Positions 12,733 through 27,625 are shown, numbered from the whole stretch's first letter. The stretch is DNA of 63,161 nucleotides, filler included, from Octopus bimaculoides (GCF_001194135.2; 12 parts of 8 records of this genome joined end to end with filler, not necessarily neighbours in it); one strand, 5' to 3'. Numbers and translations are program-made. Notes: generated from the letters alone by a model not told the origin.

Positions 12733-12797
12733 GTCTGTCTCTCCCCCTCTCTCTCACACACTCTCTCTCTCTCACACACACTATCTCTCTCTCTCTC

Positions 12798-12899
<102 letters not shown>

Positions 12900-13343
12900 A
12901 GCACACACGCACATATATGTATATATCCATGCTAGAAGTAATTCAGATATCTCCTCCACCTTACATACGCACACACATACAAGGAGCGTGCGCTATGTTT
13001 AGTGTGTTGAAATCGTCGAATATTTTATACTATGACAAAAAATGTCAACCTTTCCTATGAGTACTAATGAAGTTTTTTGTTTCTGGTGACTTGTGTATGT
13101 GTGAATGTGACTAGTAGGAAGTGTTCATGGTAACATGTGTCTATATGTATATATAGTCACATTATACATACGCGCACACATACATACACACGCACACATA
13201 TGCATCCGCACACGCACTCGGACACGCACGCACGCACACACACATTTACACAGTCACATATATTCTTGTTATCAATGTATACCTGTTTCCTTCTTTCTCG
13301 GTATGTATATGTAAATGCACAGACCATGCATTTTTATATATAT

Positions 13344-13398
<55 letters not shown>

Positions 13399-13656
13399 NN
13401 NNNNNNNNNNNNNNNNNNNNNNNNNNNNNNNNNNNNNNNNNNNNNNNNNNNNNNNNNNNNNNNNNNNNNNNNNNNNNNNNNNNNNNNNNNNNNNNNNNNN
13501 NNNNNNNNNNNNNNNNNNNNNNNNNNNNNNNNNNNNNNNNNNNNNNNNNNNNNNNNNNNNNNNNNNNNNNNNNNNNNNNNNNNNNNNNNNNNNNNNNNNN
13601 NNNNNNNNNNNNNNNNNNNNNNNNNNNNNNNNNNNNNNNNNNNNNNNNNNNNNNNN

Positions 13657-13688
<32 letters not shown>

Positions 13689-14434
13689 TTACTTATAAGC
13701 ATATATATATATATATGATTACAAATATGTGTATCTTTATATATATATATGTAAATATATATATAATACTTATATTCGTATATATATATGTGTATATTTA
13801 CATATATATATTTATGATACAGGTTTATACGTGTGTATATATATATGTGTATGTGTGCATGTATGTATAGATGTATATATATGCATGTCTTTTTTTTATC
13901 AATCTCTCAATATCTCTATATACATATGCGTATATATAAATGTGCAAGTATCTTCTGTGTATGTATAAATGTGTGTATACATACACACTTCCTCTCTCAC
14001 TTTTTCTCTCCTCCTCCTCCCCCTTTCCCTCTATGTATCTATCCATATGCATATCTTTGCATAAGTATGTAAGCACACAAACACACGCAGAAATATACGT
14101 GCAGATATGGTGGAAGTGAATTGGCCGAGGGCTCGATTCCTTTGCTATGTATTCACTTGACACATCAGAGAAGGTTAATAAAGCAAGAATGTTGTGTGTA
14201 AAGTTGATATCAATGTTCTAAAGACTCATCCAAATACCAGCAACACTTGCATAGCGACTTCTATGTGCACACACTCATACACTGCGGTACACACGCACAA
14301 ACACATACATAGCTTATGTCTTTTATATGAAATTACTTTTCTCCACCTCTTCAGCATTCGTTACACACACGGACATGCACTCATAATATACGTAGATATA
14401 TTATATTTATGTGTGTGCGCCTGTGTTTATTATA

Positions 14435-14489
<55 letters not shown>

Positions 14490-15033
14490 NNNNNNNNNNN
14501 NNNNNNNNNNNNNNNNNNNNNNNNNNNNNNNNNNNNNNNNNNNNNNNNNNNNNNNNNNNNNNNNNNNNNNNNNNNNNNNNNNNNNNNNNNNNNNNNNNNN
14601 NNNNNNNNNNNNNNNNNNNNNNNNNNNNNNNNNNNNNNNNNNNNNNNNNNNNNNNNNNNNNNNNNNNNNNNNNNNNNNNNNNNNNNNNNNNNNNNNNNNN
14701 NNNNNNNNNNNNNNNNNNNNNNNNNNNNNNNNNNNNNNNNNNNNNNNNNNNNNNNNNNNNNNNNNNNNNNNNNNNNNNNNNNNNNNNNNNNNNNNNNNNN
14801 NNNNNNNNNNNNNNNNNNNNNNNNNNNNNNNNNNNNNNNNNNNNNNNNNNNNNNNNNNNNNNNNNNNNNNNNNNNNNNNNNNNNNNNNNNNNNNNNNNNN
14901 NNNNNNNNNNNNNNNNNNNNNNNNNNNNNNNNNNNNNNNNNNNNATGGTCTACATTATGACTATCTAAAGCTGTCTGTCAGTCTGTCTATTTATCTCTAT
15001 GTATGCATGTGTGTATGTATGTATGTATGTATG

Positions 15034-15083
<50 letters not shown>

Positions 15084-16326
15084 CACAGATACACATACAC
15101 ATACATACATAATTTTCTGTTGGTATGATATTACCAACTGTACAGTATATTTTTCGCTGAGGAGTTTAATAAATGTGAAATATGTCGATTGCATTTAGCC
15201 TTAAATTGCAGTGAAACTCCTGACTGTCTCCTTTGCATTGCACTAGTTTAATATTTTATTCATACATTATTGTTTGGGTGGCAGGTTTACCTTCTTTATA
15301 TGCATATACGAAGATGGTGGCAGTTTGTTCATGTCCAAAGTTCATGTGGAGGAGTGGCACACCCTCAGGTGATTATGCAAACCAATCCTTGACAACTCAG
15401 CGGCTTTTCTTCGTATCGCCATTTAGTAGTCTTAAAGTGAGGAAGGGTCAGTGTGCTCATTCCGATTCTTGTCTTTATACTTGACGGTCTGACAACACAC
15501 GCACACAGGTGCGCATGCACACATTGACACATACACCACCCATACGCACACGCACTCACAGGCACACATGTACACACATAGAGTCACACACATACGCACG
15601 TCCAGACACACACTGACGCGCACACACACATACATATATACACACTCATACACACACAAGTATGGATATAAGTATGTGTGTTTCAGCAAGTACGTATATA
15701 CGTATCTACCTTTATGTAGTTGAGACCACTTGAAGAATACTGGTGTCTGTGTTTATGTTCCGTTAGCGGTGCGATTAAAAGAAATTGATAAAACAAGTAC
15801 CAGATTTAGGAAAAGAAAGCACTGACCTTCGACAAGATCAACTAAAGCACTTCAAGATGGTACCCCAGCATATCCGTAGTTTAAAGATTGAAACCATTCA
15901 AAGAATATCTGCAAGTTTTTTTTGTCTAGTAATTGTTTGAGTAATGACAGTTTGTGGCAGTTTCTCAACTGACTGTATTACTATGTATTCATACAATATT
16001 CAGCTGTGTAAACACACACAAGTGGACATTAGTTTTCATGGCTGGCAACTATATCTGTCCGGTTATATACAACGCAGACGACTGTTCTAGCTTGTATAGT
16101 TCTTTATTATTTTCTCCTTTTAGCATTTGTCACTGGATTGTGGCCATGCTGGGGCATCACTTTGAAGGAATTAGTGGAACAAATCGATCCCAGTTCTTAT
16201 TTTTTATAACTATTTTTCAAGACTGGTACTCATTCTTTCGGTCGTTAAATGTGTTGTGTGTATGTGTGTGTGTGTTTGTTTGTGTGTGTGTAAGTGTATA
16301 TATGTATATATATATATATGAAAAAT

Positions 16327-16395
<69 letters not shown>

Positions 16396-18577
16396 NNNNN
16401 NNNNNNNNNNNNNNNNNNNNNNNNNNNNNNNNNNNNNNNNNNNNNNNNNNNNNNNNNNNNNNNNNNNNNNNNNNNNNNNNNNNNNNNNNNNNNNNNNNNN
16501 NNNNNNNNNNNNNNNNNNNNNNNNNNNNNNNNNNNNNNNNNNNNNNNNNNNNNNNNNNNNNNNNNNNNNNNNNNNNNNNNNNNNNNNNNNNNNNNNNNNN
16601 NNNNNNNNNNNNNNNNNNNNNNNNNNNNNNNNNNNNNNNNNNNNNNNNNNNNNNNNNNNNNNNNNNNNNNNNNNNNNNNNNNNNNNNNNNNNNNNNNNNN
16701 NNNNNNNNNNNNNNNNNNNNNNNNNNNNNNNNNNNNNNNNNNNNNNNNNNNNNNNNNNNNNNNNNNNNNNNNNNNNNNNNNNNNNNNNNNNNNNNNNNNN
16801 NNNNNNNNNNNNNNNNNNNNNNNNNNNNNNNNNNNNNNNNNNNNNNNNNNNNNNNNNNNNNNNNNNNNNNNNNNNNNNNNNNNNNNNNNNNNNNNNNNNN
16901 NNNNNNNNNNNNNNNNNNNNNNNNNNNNNNNNNNNNNNNNNNNNNNNNNNNNNNNNNNNNNCCACACACAAAAAATACACGCACCCATACACACACATGT
17001 AAGCACACCTACCCCCAACACACCACACACACACAACACATATGCATGCACTTACATGCTCAGACTCACCCACACACTTATACAAACGCACATACACACG
17101 CACACTTGCGCATACACACACACGCTAACAATCACGCAAACATACACACACACACACACACCCAAGCATACACACCCAGGCATACACACCCTTGCACACA
17201 TAACCCATATACACCCCCACTCACACATACCTCCCACACACCTGACAACCCATACATACCCCCATTCACACATACCTCACATACCTCCCATACACCTNNN
17301 NNNNNNNNNNNNNNNNNNNNNNNNNNNNNNNNNNNNNNNNNNNNNNNNNNNNNNNNNNNNNNNNNNNNNNNNNNNNNNNNNNNNNNNNNNNNNNNNNNNN
17401 NNNNNNNNNNNNNNNNNNNNNNNNNNNNNNNNNNNNNNNNNNNNNNNNNNNNNNNNNNCACCTCTCACATACACAAACACACTTATACACGTAAACACAT
17501 ACACATATACACACATGCACACACACCTCTCACATACACAATACTCACTCACATACACAACACACACGCACGCACGTAAACATACACAATATACACATAC
17601 ACGCACGCACAATAAATATACACACACGCGCACACATACGCGCACACACACGCACACGGACACACACATACAGACACACATAAACACACACGCGCATACA
17701 CACACACGCACCCGTACCTAACACTCACCCCCCACACGCACACACCCACATACACATACACACGCACACACGCACACGTACCCAACACCTACAACCCCAC
17801 ACAAACACACACACGAACACACACATACTCAAAAACTGCCTGCTGACCTTCCACTAACCCTTGTCCATAAGCACCCACTAACTATTCCTGCTACTAATTC
17901 CTTTCACTACGTCACACACACACACACAAACACACATACACACTAACAGATAAACCACCAAACCATGCACACACACACACACACACACATACATACGCAC
18001 ATACACGTTCTGTTATTACACACACACTCGCNNNNNNNNNNNNNNNNNNNNNNNNNNNNNNNNNNNNNNNNNNNNNNNNNNNNNNNNNNNNNNNNNNNNN
18101 NNNNNNNNNNNNNNNNNNNNNNNNNNNNNNNNNNNNNNNNNNNNNNNNNNNNNNNNNNNNNNNNNNNNNNNNNNNNNNNNNNNNNNNNNNNNNNNNNNNN
18201 NNNNNNNNNNNNNNNNNNNNNNNNNNNNNNNNNNNNNNNNNNNNNNNNNNNNNNNNNNNNNNNNNNNNNNNNNNNNNNNNNNNNNNNNNNNNNNNNNNNN
18301 NNNNNNNNNNNNNNNNNNNNNNNNNNNNNNNNNNNNNNNNNNNNNNNNNNNNNNNNNNNNNNNNNNNNNNNNNNNNNNNNNNNNNNNNNNNNNNNNNNNN
18401 NNNNNNNNNNNNNNNNNNNNNNNNNNNNNNNNNNNNNNNNNNNNNNNNNNNNNNNNNNNNNNNNNNNNNNNNNNNNNNNNNNNNNNNNNNNNNNNNNNNN
18501 NNNNNNNNNNNNNNNNNNNNNNNNNNNNNNNNNNNNNNNNNNNNNNNNNNNNNNNNNNNNNNNNNNNNNNNNNNNNN

Positions 18578-18630
<53 letters not shown>

Positions 18631-18639
18631 TCTTTTAAT

Positions 18640-19035
18640 ATTTTATTTGTTTCAGTCATTTGACTGCGGCCATGTTGGAACACCGCCTTTAGTCGAGCAA
18701 ATCGACCCAGGATTTATTCTTTGTAAGCCTAATACTTATTCTATCGCCTACTTTTGCCGAACCGCTAGGTTACGGGACGTAAACACAACTGCATCGGTTG
18801 TCAAGCGATGTTGTGGTGGGGGGCGACAAACACAGACACACAAACATATACACACACACGCATATATACGACGTGCTTCTTTCAGTTTCGTCTACCAAAT
18901 CCACTCACAAGGCTTTGATCAGTCCGAGGCTATAGTAGAAGACACTTGCCCAAGGTGCCACGTAGCGTGACTGAACCCAGAACTATGTGGTTTGCAAGCA
19001 AGCTAATTACCACACAACCACTCCTGCGCCTATAT
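18640..19035 (-). mobile_element. OK-type SINE, full length
   Basis: Complete consensus from ggcgcaggagtggttgtgtgg (head, ~19030) through the central (CA/TA)n to the tail at ~18650. Confidence 0.9.
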
Positions 19036-19129
19036 ATACATATACGTACATACACACGCACTCTCTCCTCTCCCCCCCTCTCTCTCTCCCCCCTCTCTCT
19101 CTCTCTCACACACACACATCTAGGAAATA

Positions 19130-19618
19130 ATGTATTTGTGCCTTGCTAAGGCTACGAAGGCTTTCGCTGTATCATCTAAGAAAGATTTGGATACACGTCT
19201 GGCTATACGCGGTTGTTCTCCTTTCATTAAGGGAAAGACAAATGACACCATGCGTAAACAATTTATGACGGAAGACGGAGCTAAAGTACAAGCTGAAATT
19301 ATACAGAACATACCCGTCCTTAAACTAGTCGAAACATTTGAGGAGAAGAAACACATGGGCTACCATCGATGGTAACGTCGATTTCTGGTTCATAGTTAAC
19401 ACTGTGACACAATAAGGTTACGTAATGAGGGCCGACGTAACTTTGGGAAATGAAGCTGAGTGGATTCACCATCAACATACCAGTTCTAATGGTTTCGTAG
19501 GATAACAAAACAATACTTTTCTTGTGTTTCGTAGAGGAAGCTGTGAGAATATCCAGGGCATGGAGCATGAATACTACACATGAAGCAGAAAAGCTATGTC
19601 AAGAAGACTTAAAAGAAT

Positions 19619-19689
<71 letters not shown>

Positions 19690-19690
19690 A
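19130..19690 (+). mobile_element. Decayed LINE 3' fragment (RTE-like) with (AAC)n tail
   Basis: Frameshifted similarity to the RTE C-terminus (LAKATKAFA…LRKIW…YAVVLLSL), ending in a long (AAC)n tail. Confidence 0.4.
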
Positions 19691-20039
19691 TCATAGCGAT
19701 TATTGATTCTTAAACGGCATCTGGCACAAGATGGCACCGGGCATCACACTGGTGTCGAAAAAAATCTGGAGTCCTCATTTCCAAGAACTAATTTTAAAAA
19801 ATCAAAAATTTCCTTCCCTTGCTTTAAACAGCAGTAACAATGACAATAAAACATTAGTGAAAACGAGATCATCAGAAACCCCTTTCCGATTCACAGCGGT
19901 ACCAGCTCATTTACTTATGAAGATGGAAGCAGGCGGAGACTGAACAGACCTTTATAAATTGAAAAAATAAAATAAAATAATAAGATAAAAATAAGAGAAA
20001 TTCAAAAGAAAGGAATAAACAGTCACGGGAAGGGGTGTA

Positions 20040-20643
20040 CTTCACATGAATATTAAAACACTCTCCTTTCAGAAGTCATTATCCTGTGAAAGAGAATCTG
20101 ACTATGGACTGAATTCAAATCCTTGATCGAATTTTTCGTTTGGAAAGGAAGATGGTGGAAATGTAGAAGTGCTCTTTCACTCCACCTTCAATTTGTCGAA
20201 ATGTGGGTGAGCGGAGCAGATTTGGTACGTGTAAACGGGTCTACTCTGTAGCTGTGATTGTAGACCGACATAATTGTTTATACTCTCTTTGTGCTAGCTT
20301 ACTGCACTTACTTAGTAGATGGGTAGCACTTTCGGCCTTTTANNNNNNNNNNNNNNNNNNNNNNNNNNNNNNNNNNNNNNNNNNNNTTAATTAATTAANN
20401 NNNNNNNNNNNNNNNNNNNNNNNNNNNNNNNNNNNNNNNNNNAGCGCCTCCCCCTTTGGGAGTTCTACTTATTTATTTATCTATTTATTTATCTATTTAT
20501 TTGTTATATCTTTCTCCGTTTTCTTCCTCTGTTTAGACGAACTTTCCTACCTTTTCGGACAAAACCGTTTGTAACCTTCGTCCTGTCTTTGTCCTTACAT
20601 GTTTTTAATTGACATTAGCCCTTGTGGCCAATAAAACGAATTA

Positions 20644-20680
<37 letters not shown>
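20040..20680 (+). mobile_element. Tx1/L1-clade LINE 3' end with AATAAA and (ATT)n tail
   Basis: Encodes FVEMWVSGADLVRVNGSTL*, homologous to the terminus of the element at ~40330. The 3'UTR ends ccttgtggccaataaaac + (ATT)n. Confidence 0.6.
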
Positions 20681-20988
20681 GTCAAGATGAAGAGCACGAT
20701 TCGATTGTATAGATGTTTTATTTGTTGAACAATATTTCGACAGTACGTCTATCTTTGTCAAGTTCAAAACAAAAGGTGATTAAAAATTTAAAATTTCATA
20801 GTTTACATTTAAATTTCTGTTACAACTTCAGACAAAATGCTTTATGGCATTTCCTCCAAATTTTTACATTCCAAGTTCTAATTTTGTCATGGTTGACTTT
20901 GCCTTTTATCATTTTGAGATCAATAAATCAAAGAACTACTTGCTCAGTGGGTTTCTCCTACTCTCTAAATTGCTAGCCTTCTATCAAA

Positions 20989-21043
20989 ATGAGAAAGAAC
21001 TGCAGCTGTTGTTGCTTCAAGCTGATTCTGTTGTTCCCTGTGT
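20989..21043 (+). CDS. Exon 1 (signal peptide) of a putative secreted peptide precursor
   Basis: aaaATG, then MRKNCSCCCFKLILLFPV + T, ending at donor T|gtaagg (phase 1). Upstream acceptor-like ctctctaaattgctag at 20976. Confidence 0.6.
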
Positions 21044-21554
21044 GTAAGGATTACACCAAACAGACCACCACATTAGTTAAACGGCAGTTGAGAGGAACAA
21101 CCATCAACAGCTGGCAGTGAAGTACTCTGGAGATGAAAATTAAAACTAAGTCAATAGCACTTAGCAAGGATCTATTAATAGAAAAGAGGGGGATTAGAGT
21201 TAATTAGAATAAATTAGAAAAGTAATTAGGAAAGACATTGCAAACAAGGTGGTGATGGTGGTGGTGGTGGTGGTGGTGGTGGTGGTGGTGGTGATGGTGA
21301 TGGTGGTGGTGTTTGGTGGTGGTGGTAGTGACAGTTATGATGATGATGATGATGGTATACATGTCCGTGGTGTACTCAGCCACTAATAAACCAATGAGTA
21401 GATAGTTCACTTGACACAACAACTGAAAACTTATTACCTAAACAGAAAGATATCCATTATTTTTGCAATTTTTTTGAAATTGTATTATCTTCAGGTTGAT
21501 AATGCATTATCTGTCAATTTACCTGTGTCTTTTATCTTTTATCTTTTATATTCT

Positions 21555-21985
21555 GCCTTTTACTTGCTTCAGTCACTGGACTGTGGCCATGCTGGGGCAT
21601 CGACTTGAAGAATTTTAGCTGAATGAATTGACTCCAGTACTTATTTTTTTTGTCTCTTTTTGTTTTTGTTTTGAAGTCTGGTATTTATTCTATTCTACTC
21701 ATTTACTGGACCACTAGGTTACAGAGACGTAAACAAACCAACACCAGGTGTCAAGTGGTGGGTGACAAACACAGACACAAAGACACATATGAACACATAA
21801 ACACACACACACATACATGAACACATATATACACACATATGATAGGCTTTTACACACCTTCTGTCTACCAAATCCACTCACAAGAAACTGGTTGGTCTGG
21901 GTGCTATGGCAGAAGATCCTTGCCCAAGGTGCAACACAGTAGGACTGAACCTATAACCATGCAATTGCTAAACAAGCTACTTAAT
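21555..21985 (-). mobile_element. OK-type SINE, diverged full length
   Basis: Tail cagtcactggactgtggccatgctgg through head …cttaatcacatagc. Confidence 0.8.
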
Positions 21986-23499
21986 CACATAGCTATGCCT
22001 GTGAATACATGCTTGAAAACCCCAAAAGAACTTCCAGTTAAAATATTCTAAAATATTCTAAAATATTCTAGAATATTTTCTTGGTTGATAGAATTTATTT
22101 GTCACACAATGTAACATCTCCACCTGGTCCTTTGATGTCTAATGTGTTTAATCAGTTTCAGATATTTATACCATCATTCTAAGGGATACGTTCCTCCTGC
22201 CAATCATGGAGACCCTAAAAAGGGTCTTTCTCATTAAAAAAACAAACAAACAAAAGAGTGGGGATGAGATTTGTTTAAGAAGGTGATAATGGGTGCCGAG
22301 TCAAATTTAGAGCAGATTTATTAAATCAATAATGTCTTCAAGTATATTTGCATGAAGATCGTTTTGGATATTCCTACATCAAAGTGGTTTATTGATTCCG
22401 AAATGTAGATTGTAGGAATCATAGATATTCTTCTAGTAATGGCCTGTTCATGTTTGGTAAAGGTTGTTGTATCCTCTTTTCCTGTTTTGGCCGGAATTGT
22501 CTTGACTATTTTCATCATCATCATCATCATCATCAGTACCACCACCACCANNNNNNNNNNNNNNNNNNNNNNNNNNNNNNNNNNNNNNNNNNNNNNNNNN
22601 NNNNNNNNNNNNNNNNNNNNNNNNNNNNNNNNNNNNNNNNNNNNNNNNNNNNNNNNNNNNNNNNNNNNNNNNNNNNNNNNNNNNNNNNNNNNNNNNNNNN
22701 NNNNNNNNNNNNNNNNNNNNNNNNNNNNNNNNNNNNNNNNNNNNNNNNNNNNNNNNNNNNNNNNNNNNNNNNNNNNNNNNNNNNNNNNNNNNNNNNNNNN
22801 NNNNNNNNNNNNNNNNNNNNNNNNNNNNNNNNNNNNNNNNNNNNNNNNNNNNNNNNNNNNNNNNNNNNNNNNNNNNNNNNNNNCACCACCACCACCACCA
22901 CCACCACCATTACCACCACCATTACCACCACCATTACCATTAACACCACCATCACCCCACCACCAAGACCATCACCACCACCACCATCATTACTGTCTCG
23001 AGTCCTAGGACCTACAGGCTCAGTTATTCAGTTTCCATGGCCTATAAGTAACTGAGATCACACCATCACCACAGTCCATCACAGGGTTACCCATTTGCAG
23101 TTGAGTGAACTGGAGCAACATGAAATGAAGTGCTTTGCTTAAGAACACAATGTACCATGTGTAAGTGGGGGGGGGGAATCAAAACCCCAATCTTGTGGTC
23201 ATGAGTGAAAAACTCTAACCACTTTACTACTTTGAAACCATTAAAAAAACACCTTATGGGAGTCCCATATTGTTTTTGTTTACTCCTAGGTCAACCATGA
23301 GTGAGCAAACCTAAAATCAAAGGCTTTCCAGTAATGACTATTCCATCTTTCATTTAAGGTATAGTGTACCTCAGACTATGCTGTACAATGTATCATGTTT
23401 TAAGATAGTGGATATGGTTCAAGGAAGATTTGGCTGCTATCACACACATGTCACATGACCATGCAGATGCTCTTTCATTGGTTTGTAGTTTTGTAGCAC

Positions 23500-24030
<531 letters not shown>

Positions 24031-25497
24031 AATATAAGAATATAATAAGATTTTTTAAGCATCAAATAGCTCTGAAAGTCCGTCTGATTAAGATAGGGAA
24101 CAAAGGGATTCCATAGGTAAAAAAAAATGGTTGAGAAACACCACTTTATATGTTGCCATGGTAAATGAGATTTGATTGATTCAGATGATCATCACCATNN
24201 NNNNNNNNNNNNNNNNNNNNNNNNNNNNNNNNNNNNNNNNNNNNNNNNNNNNNNNNNNNNNNNNNNNNNNNNNNNNNNNNNNNNNNNNNNNNNNNNNNNN
24301 NNNNNNNNNNNNNNNNNNNNNNNNNNNNNNNNNNNNNNNNNNNNNNNNNNNNNNNNNNNNNNNNNNNNNNNNNNNNNNNNNNNNNNNNNNNNNNNNNNNN
24401 NNNNNNNNNNNNNNNNNNNNNNNNNNNNNNNNNNNNNNNNNNNNNNNNNNNNNNNNNNNNNNNNNNNNNNNNNNNNNNNNNNNNNNNNNNNNNNNNNNNN
24501 NNNNNNNNNNNNNNNNNNNNNNNNNNNNNNNNNNNNNNNNNNNNNNNNNNNNNNNNNNNNNNNNNNNNNNNNNNNNNNNNNNNNNNNNNNNNNNNNNNNN
24601 NNNNNNNNTCCCCTCCCCCTCCTCCTCACCACCATCAGGGTCATTAAAAGGAGAAGGAGATGAGGACCAATGTCATCCTATTACTTACTTCAGGCCTTTG
24701 CTCCCCCATGGAGCATAGGCCATTGATGACTTTTATCACTGTTTTCTGACCCTCCAGTTGAGTCCCTGTTTTTTTTCAACTCTGCCTCACTACTCCCCTG
24801 CCAACCATTTTTAGGATATCCTCTCTTCCATTTTCCTCGTATATTACTGGGGGCCTTATGATAATTCAGGATGTTAGTTTCCTTTCAGATTTTGCTATTC
24901 CATGTCATATGCTTCCCTGAGGGAAAGCCTTCCTTCCACATGTCTTATTGGTTTTGAATTTGCTGTACTTGAGAAGATGCATTAGGTTAATAAAATCACA
25001 GTCATCCAAACATACAGGAATGTCCTTCACAGGGGCCAGTGCCATATAAAATGCACTCGTGCTGGTGTTGCACAAATGCACCTGTGCCAGTGGCATGTAA
25101 AAAGCACCCAACATGCTTTGTAAAGTGGTTGTCATTAGGAAAGGTATCCAGCCATAGAAACTGTAGCAAAGCTTCGTTCTCTCTCTCTTATATATACATG
25201 AATGCGGATAACAGCTAGCCTTCAGCTGCATCTTTGGACCCTGTTGTGTCCACCACTCTGATTGGTTGATATTGGCGTTCTTTTGTCTCTTGTTCTATTT
25301 CGCGCCAGGGTGCAACCCGACCAATCGCCGTCTTCTCTGAACATTGGTCTTGAAGGCTCTGACAATTGGGTCATGCTATTACAGCCCTGATTAAGCCATT
25401 AAAAATATAGAAGAAAATAAAAAAAGAGATTCATATGTAAAAAACAAAACAACAGAACTCTATTTTGTATCAATGTTTTAGTTGGAATGAAGGCATT

Positions 25498-25925
25498 GAG
25501 CTGGCAGAAACATTAGCACAACTTAAGGCGGCGAGCTGGCAGAGACGTTAGCATGCCGAGTGAAATGCTTAGTGGTATTTCGTCTGCCATTATGTTCTGA
25601 GTTCAAATTCCGCCGAGGTTGACTATGCCTTTCATCCTTTCAGGGTCGATAAAATTAAGTACCACTTACGCACTGGGGTTGATGTAATCGACTTAATCCC
25701 TTTGTCTCTCCTTGTTTGTCCCCTCTATGTTTAGCCTCTTGTGGGCAATAAAAAAATAAGAAACCTTAGCACACCAGGCGAAAGGCTTAGCGGTATTTCG
25801 TGTGTATTTACGTTTGCCTTTCATTCTTTCGGGGTCGATAAATTAAGTACCAATTGTGTACTGGAGTCAATCTAATCAACTGGCCTCCTCTCCCAAAATT
25901 TCAGGCCTTGTGCCAAGAGTAGAAA
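25498..25925 (+). mobile_element. Family C SINE with a second family C copy (25521-25760) nested inside
   Basis: The outer copy is interrupted after gagctggcagaaacattagcaca and resumes at aaaccttagcaca: a 13-bp target-site duplication with one mismatch. Confidence 0.75.
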
Positions 25926-25999
25926 AGGACATTTCAGTTGAAATACATTGTATTTGTTTTGATAATAATGAAAAATTTAGTAAAATAACTTTGTCATTA

Positions 26000-26551
26000 T
26001 TAACCCTTTTGAGACACACAGTGTTTTGGTGTGTGCAACCAAAATGACTAAAGTTTTTTTTTTTTTTTCTGTTGAGATTGAAATTGATGGATGTATGTAG
26101 AAAACAAAGGATAAAGTGTCTAAAGCTATTTTATTAGTATGTAAAACTATATATATTCTATAGTTTTATGTTATATCTACTAAAAGATGATCTCTGATTT
26201 CGGCTATTACACTTCAAACCGTTTGTTCCATCAGCCCAATGGATTATGGCCTCAAAGTCTTTCCGGTTTGTATCACTTAAGGGTTACGCTGGTGTTTGAA
26301 ACTTAAATTACCATGAAATTTTATTGAAAGTTCTAATTTAGATCATGTCAATTTTTTTGTTACCGTATTTCTGTTGAAATACACTGAGTTTCTTTCAAAT
26401 AGTTTTGAGAATTATGAAGAATTTCGTAGGTGTTTGGAACATATCGATATGAAGTTTTGACAAAAGGTTTTAATTTAGATCACTTTAAACAGAAAATTTG
26501 TATGATTGGAACCGGAGAGAGTCTCAGGAATGTTAGTATTAAAAAGGTTAA
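26000..26551. mobile_element. piggyBac-like MITE (TTAA target duplication)
   Basis: TTAA-ccctttt at 26000 and aaaaagg-TTAA at 26541-26551. Non-coding interior, with related fragments near 30050-30320 and 37660-37790. Confidence 0.6.
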
Positions 26552-26617
26552 AAATCAGAAGCATAATACAATCAATGAATAAATATTATTTTACCAATTT
26601 TTTTTTCTTTTTCTTAG

Positions 26618-26817
26618 TGGTTCACAGTGAAATCTATGGTTATGGATTCCGTCCATATGAATACATGCCACCAAATTTAGAAAGAGAGCCAAAAGGAAGG
26701 AGACAAGAATTACATTACGGAATGTATAGTCTGCGCAGCTTTATTCTTCCAAAATTGCTTATTATAATTACCAGAATTATTCATCTGCTTGGAGCCAGCA
26801 ATATTCATCCATTCCTT
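26618..26817 (+). CDS. Exon 2 of the putative secreted peptide precursor
   Basis: Strong acceptor ttttttttctttttcttag| and donor CTT|gtaagt. 200 nt, phase 1 to 0, open: (L)VHSEIYGYGFRPYEYMPPNLEREPKGRRQELHYGMYSLRSFILPKLLIIITRIIHLLGASNIHPFL. Confidence 0.7.
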
Positions 26818-27176
26818 GTAAGTAAATATATATTTATATATATATTTTTTGTTCTGCATTACAATTTCTTTTTCTAGAAATTAGATTACTGTGACCTATT
26901 TATTAAAAACCATGAATTTTGTGCATTTAATATATTTCATGTAATTTGTTTTCCACAGTATTTTCTAATAATTAATAAGATATATTATATATAAATATAC
27001 AAGCCTTCCTAATCAATATTCATTATGCAGATTATTTAATTATCTTCCTTGAGTTATTTTAACTTAATATACATGTATTGCTGATTATGCACAGTGTATA
27101 GAATGTATATTTTCACTACTGTAAATTGAAGCACCAATACTTTAAATACAGATAGATACGTGTACAGACACACACA

Positions 27177-27257
<81 letters not shown>

Positions 27258-27308
27258 NNNNNNNNNNNNNNNNNNNNNNNNNNNNNNNNNNNNNNNNNNN
27301 NNNNNNNN

Positions 27309-27309
27309 N

Positions 27310-27365
<56 letters not shown>

Positions 27366-27592
27366 GTGTGTGTGTGTGTGTTGTTGAGTGCCTATGAGCA
27401 TGTGTATGTGCATGTGTATCTATGTGTGTATGTGTGCGTGTGTGTGCTATGTGTATGTGTATGTGTGTGTCTGTGCACATGTCTATGTGTGTCTATGTGT
27501 GTGTTGTGTGTGTGTGTGTGCAAGTGTGTGTGTGTGTGTAAGTGTGTGTGTGTGTGTGCAAGTGTGTGTGTGTGTGCAAGTGTGTGTGTGTG

Positions 27593-27625
<33 letters not shown>

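Noticed and set aside
26711-26817. Minus-strand frame EWMNIAGSKQMNNSGNYNKQFWKNKAAQTIHSVM* in phase with the ATPase exon
   Set aside because: No similarity to P5B ATPases and a weak acceptor. The plus strand has much stronger splice signals at both ends of the same segment.
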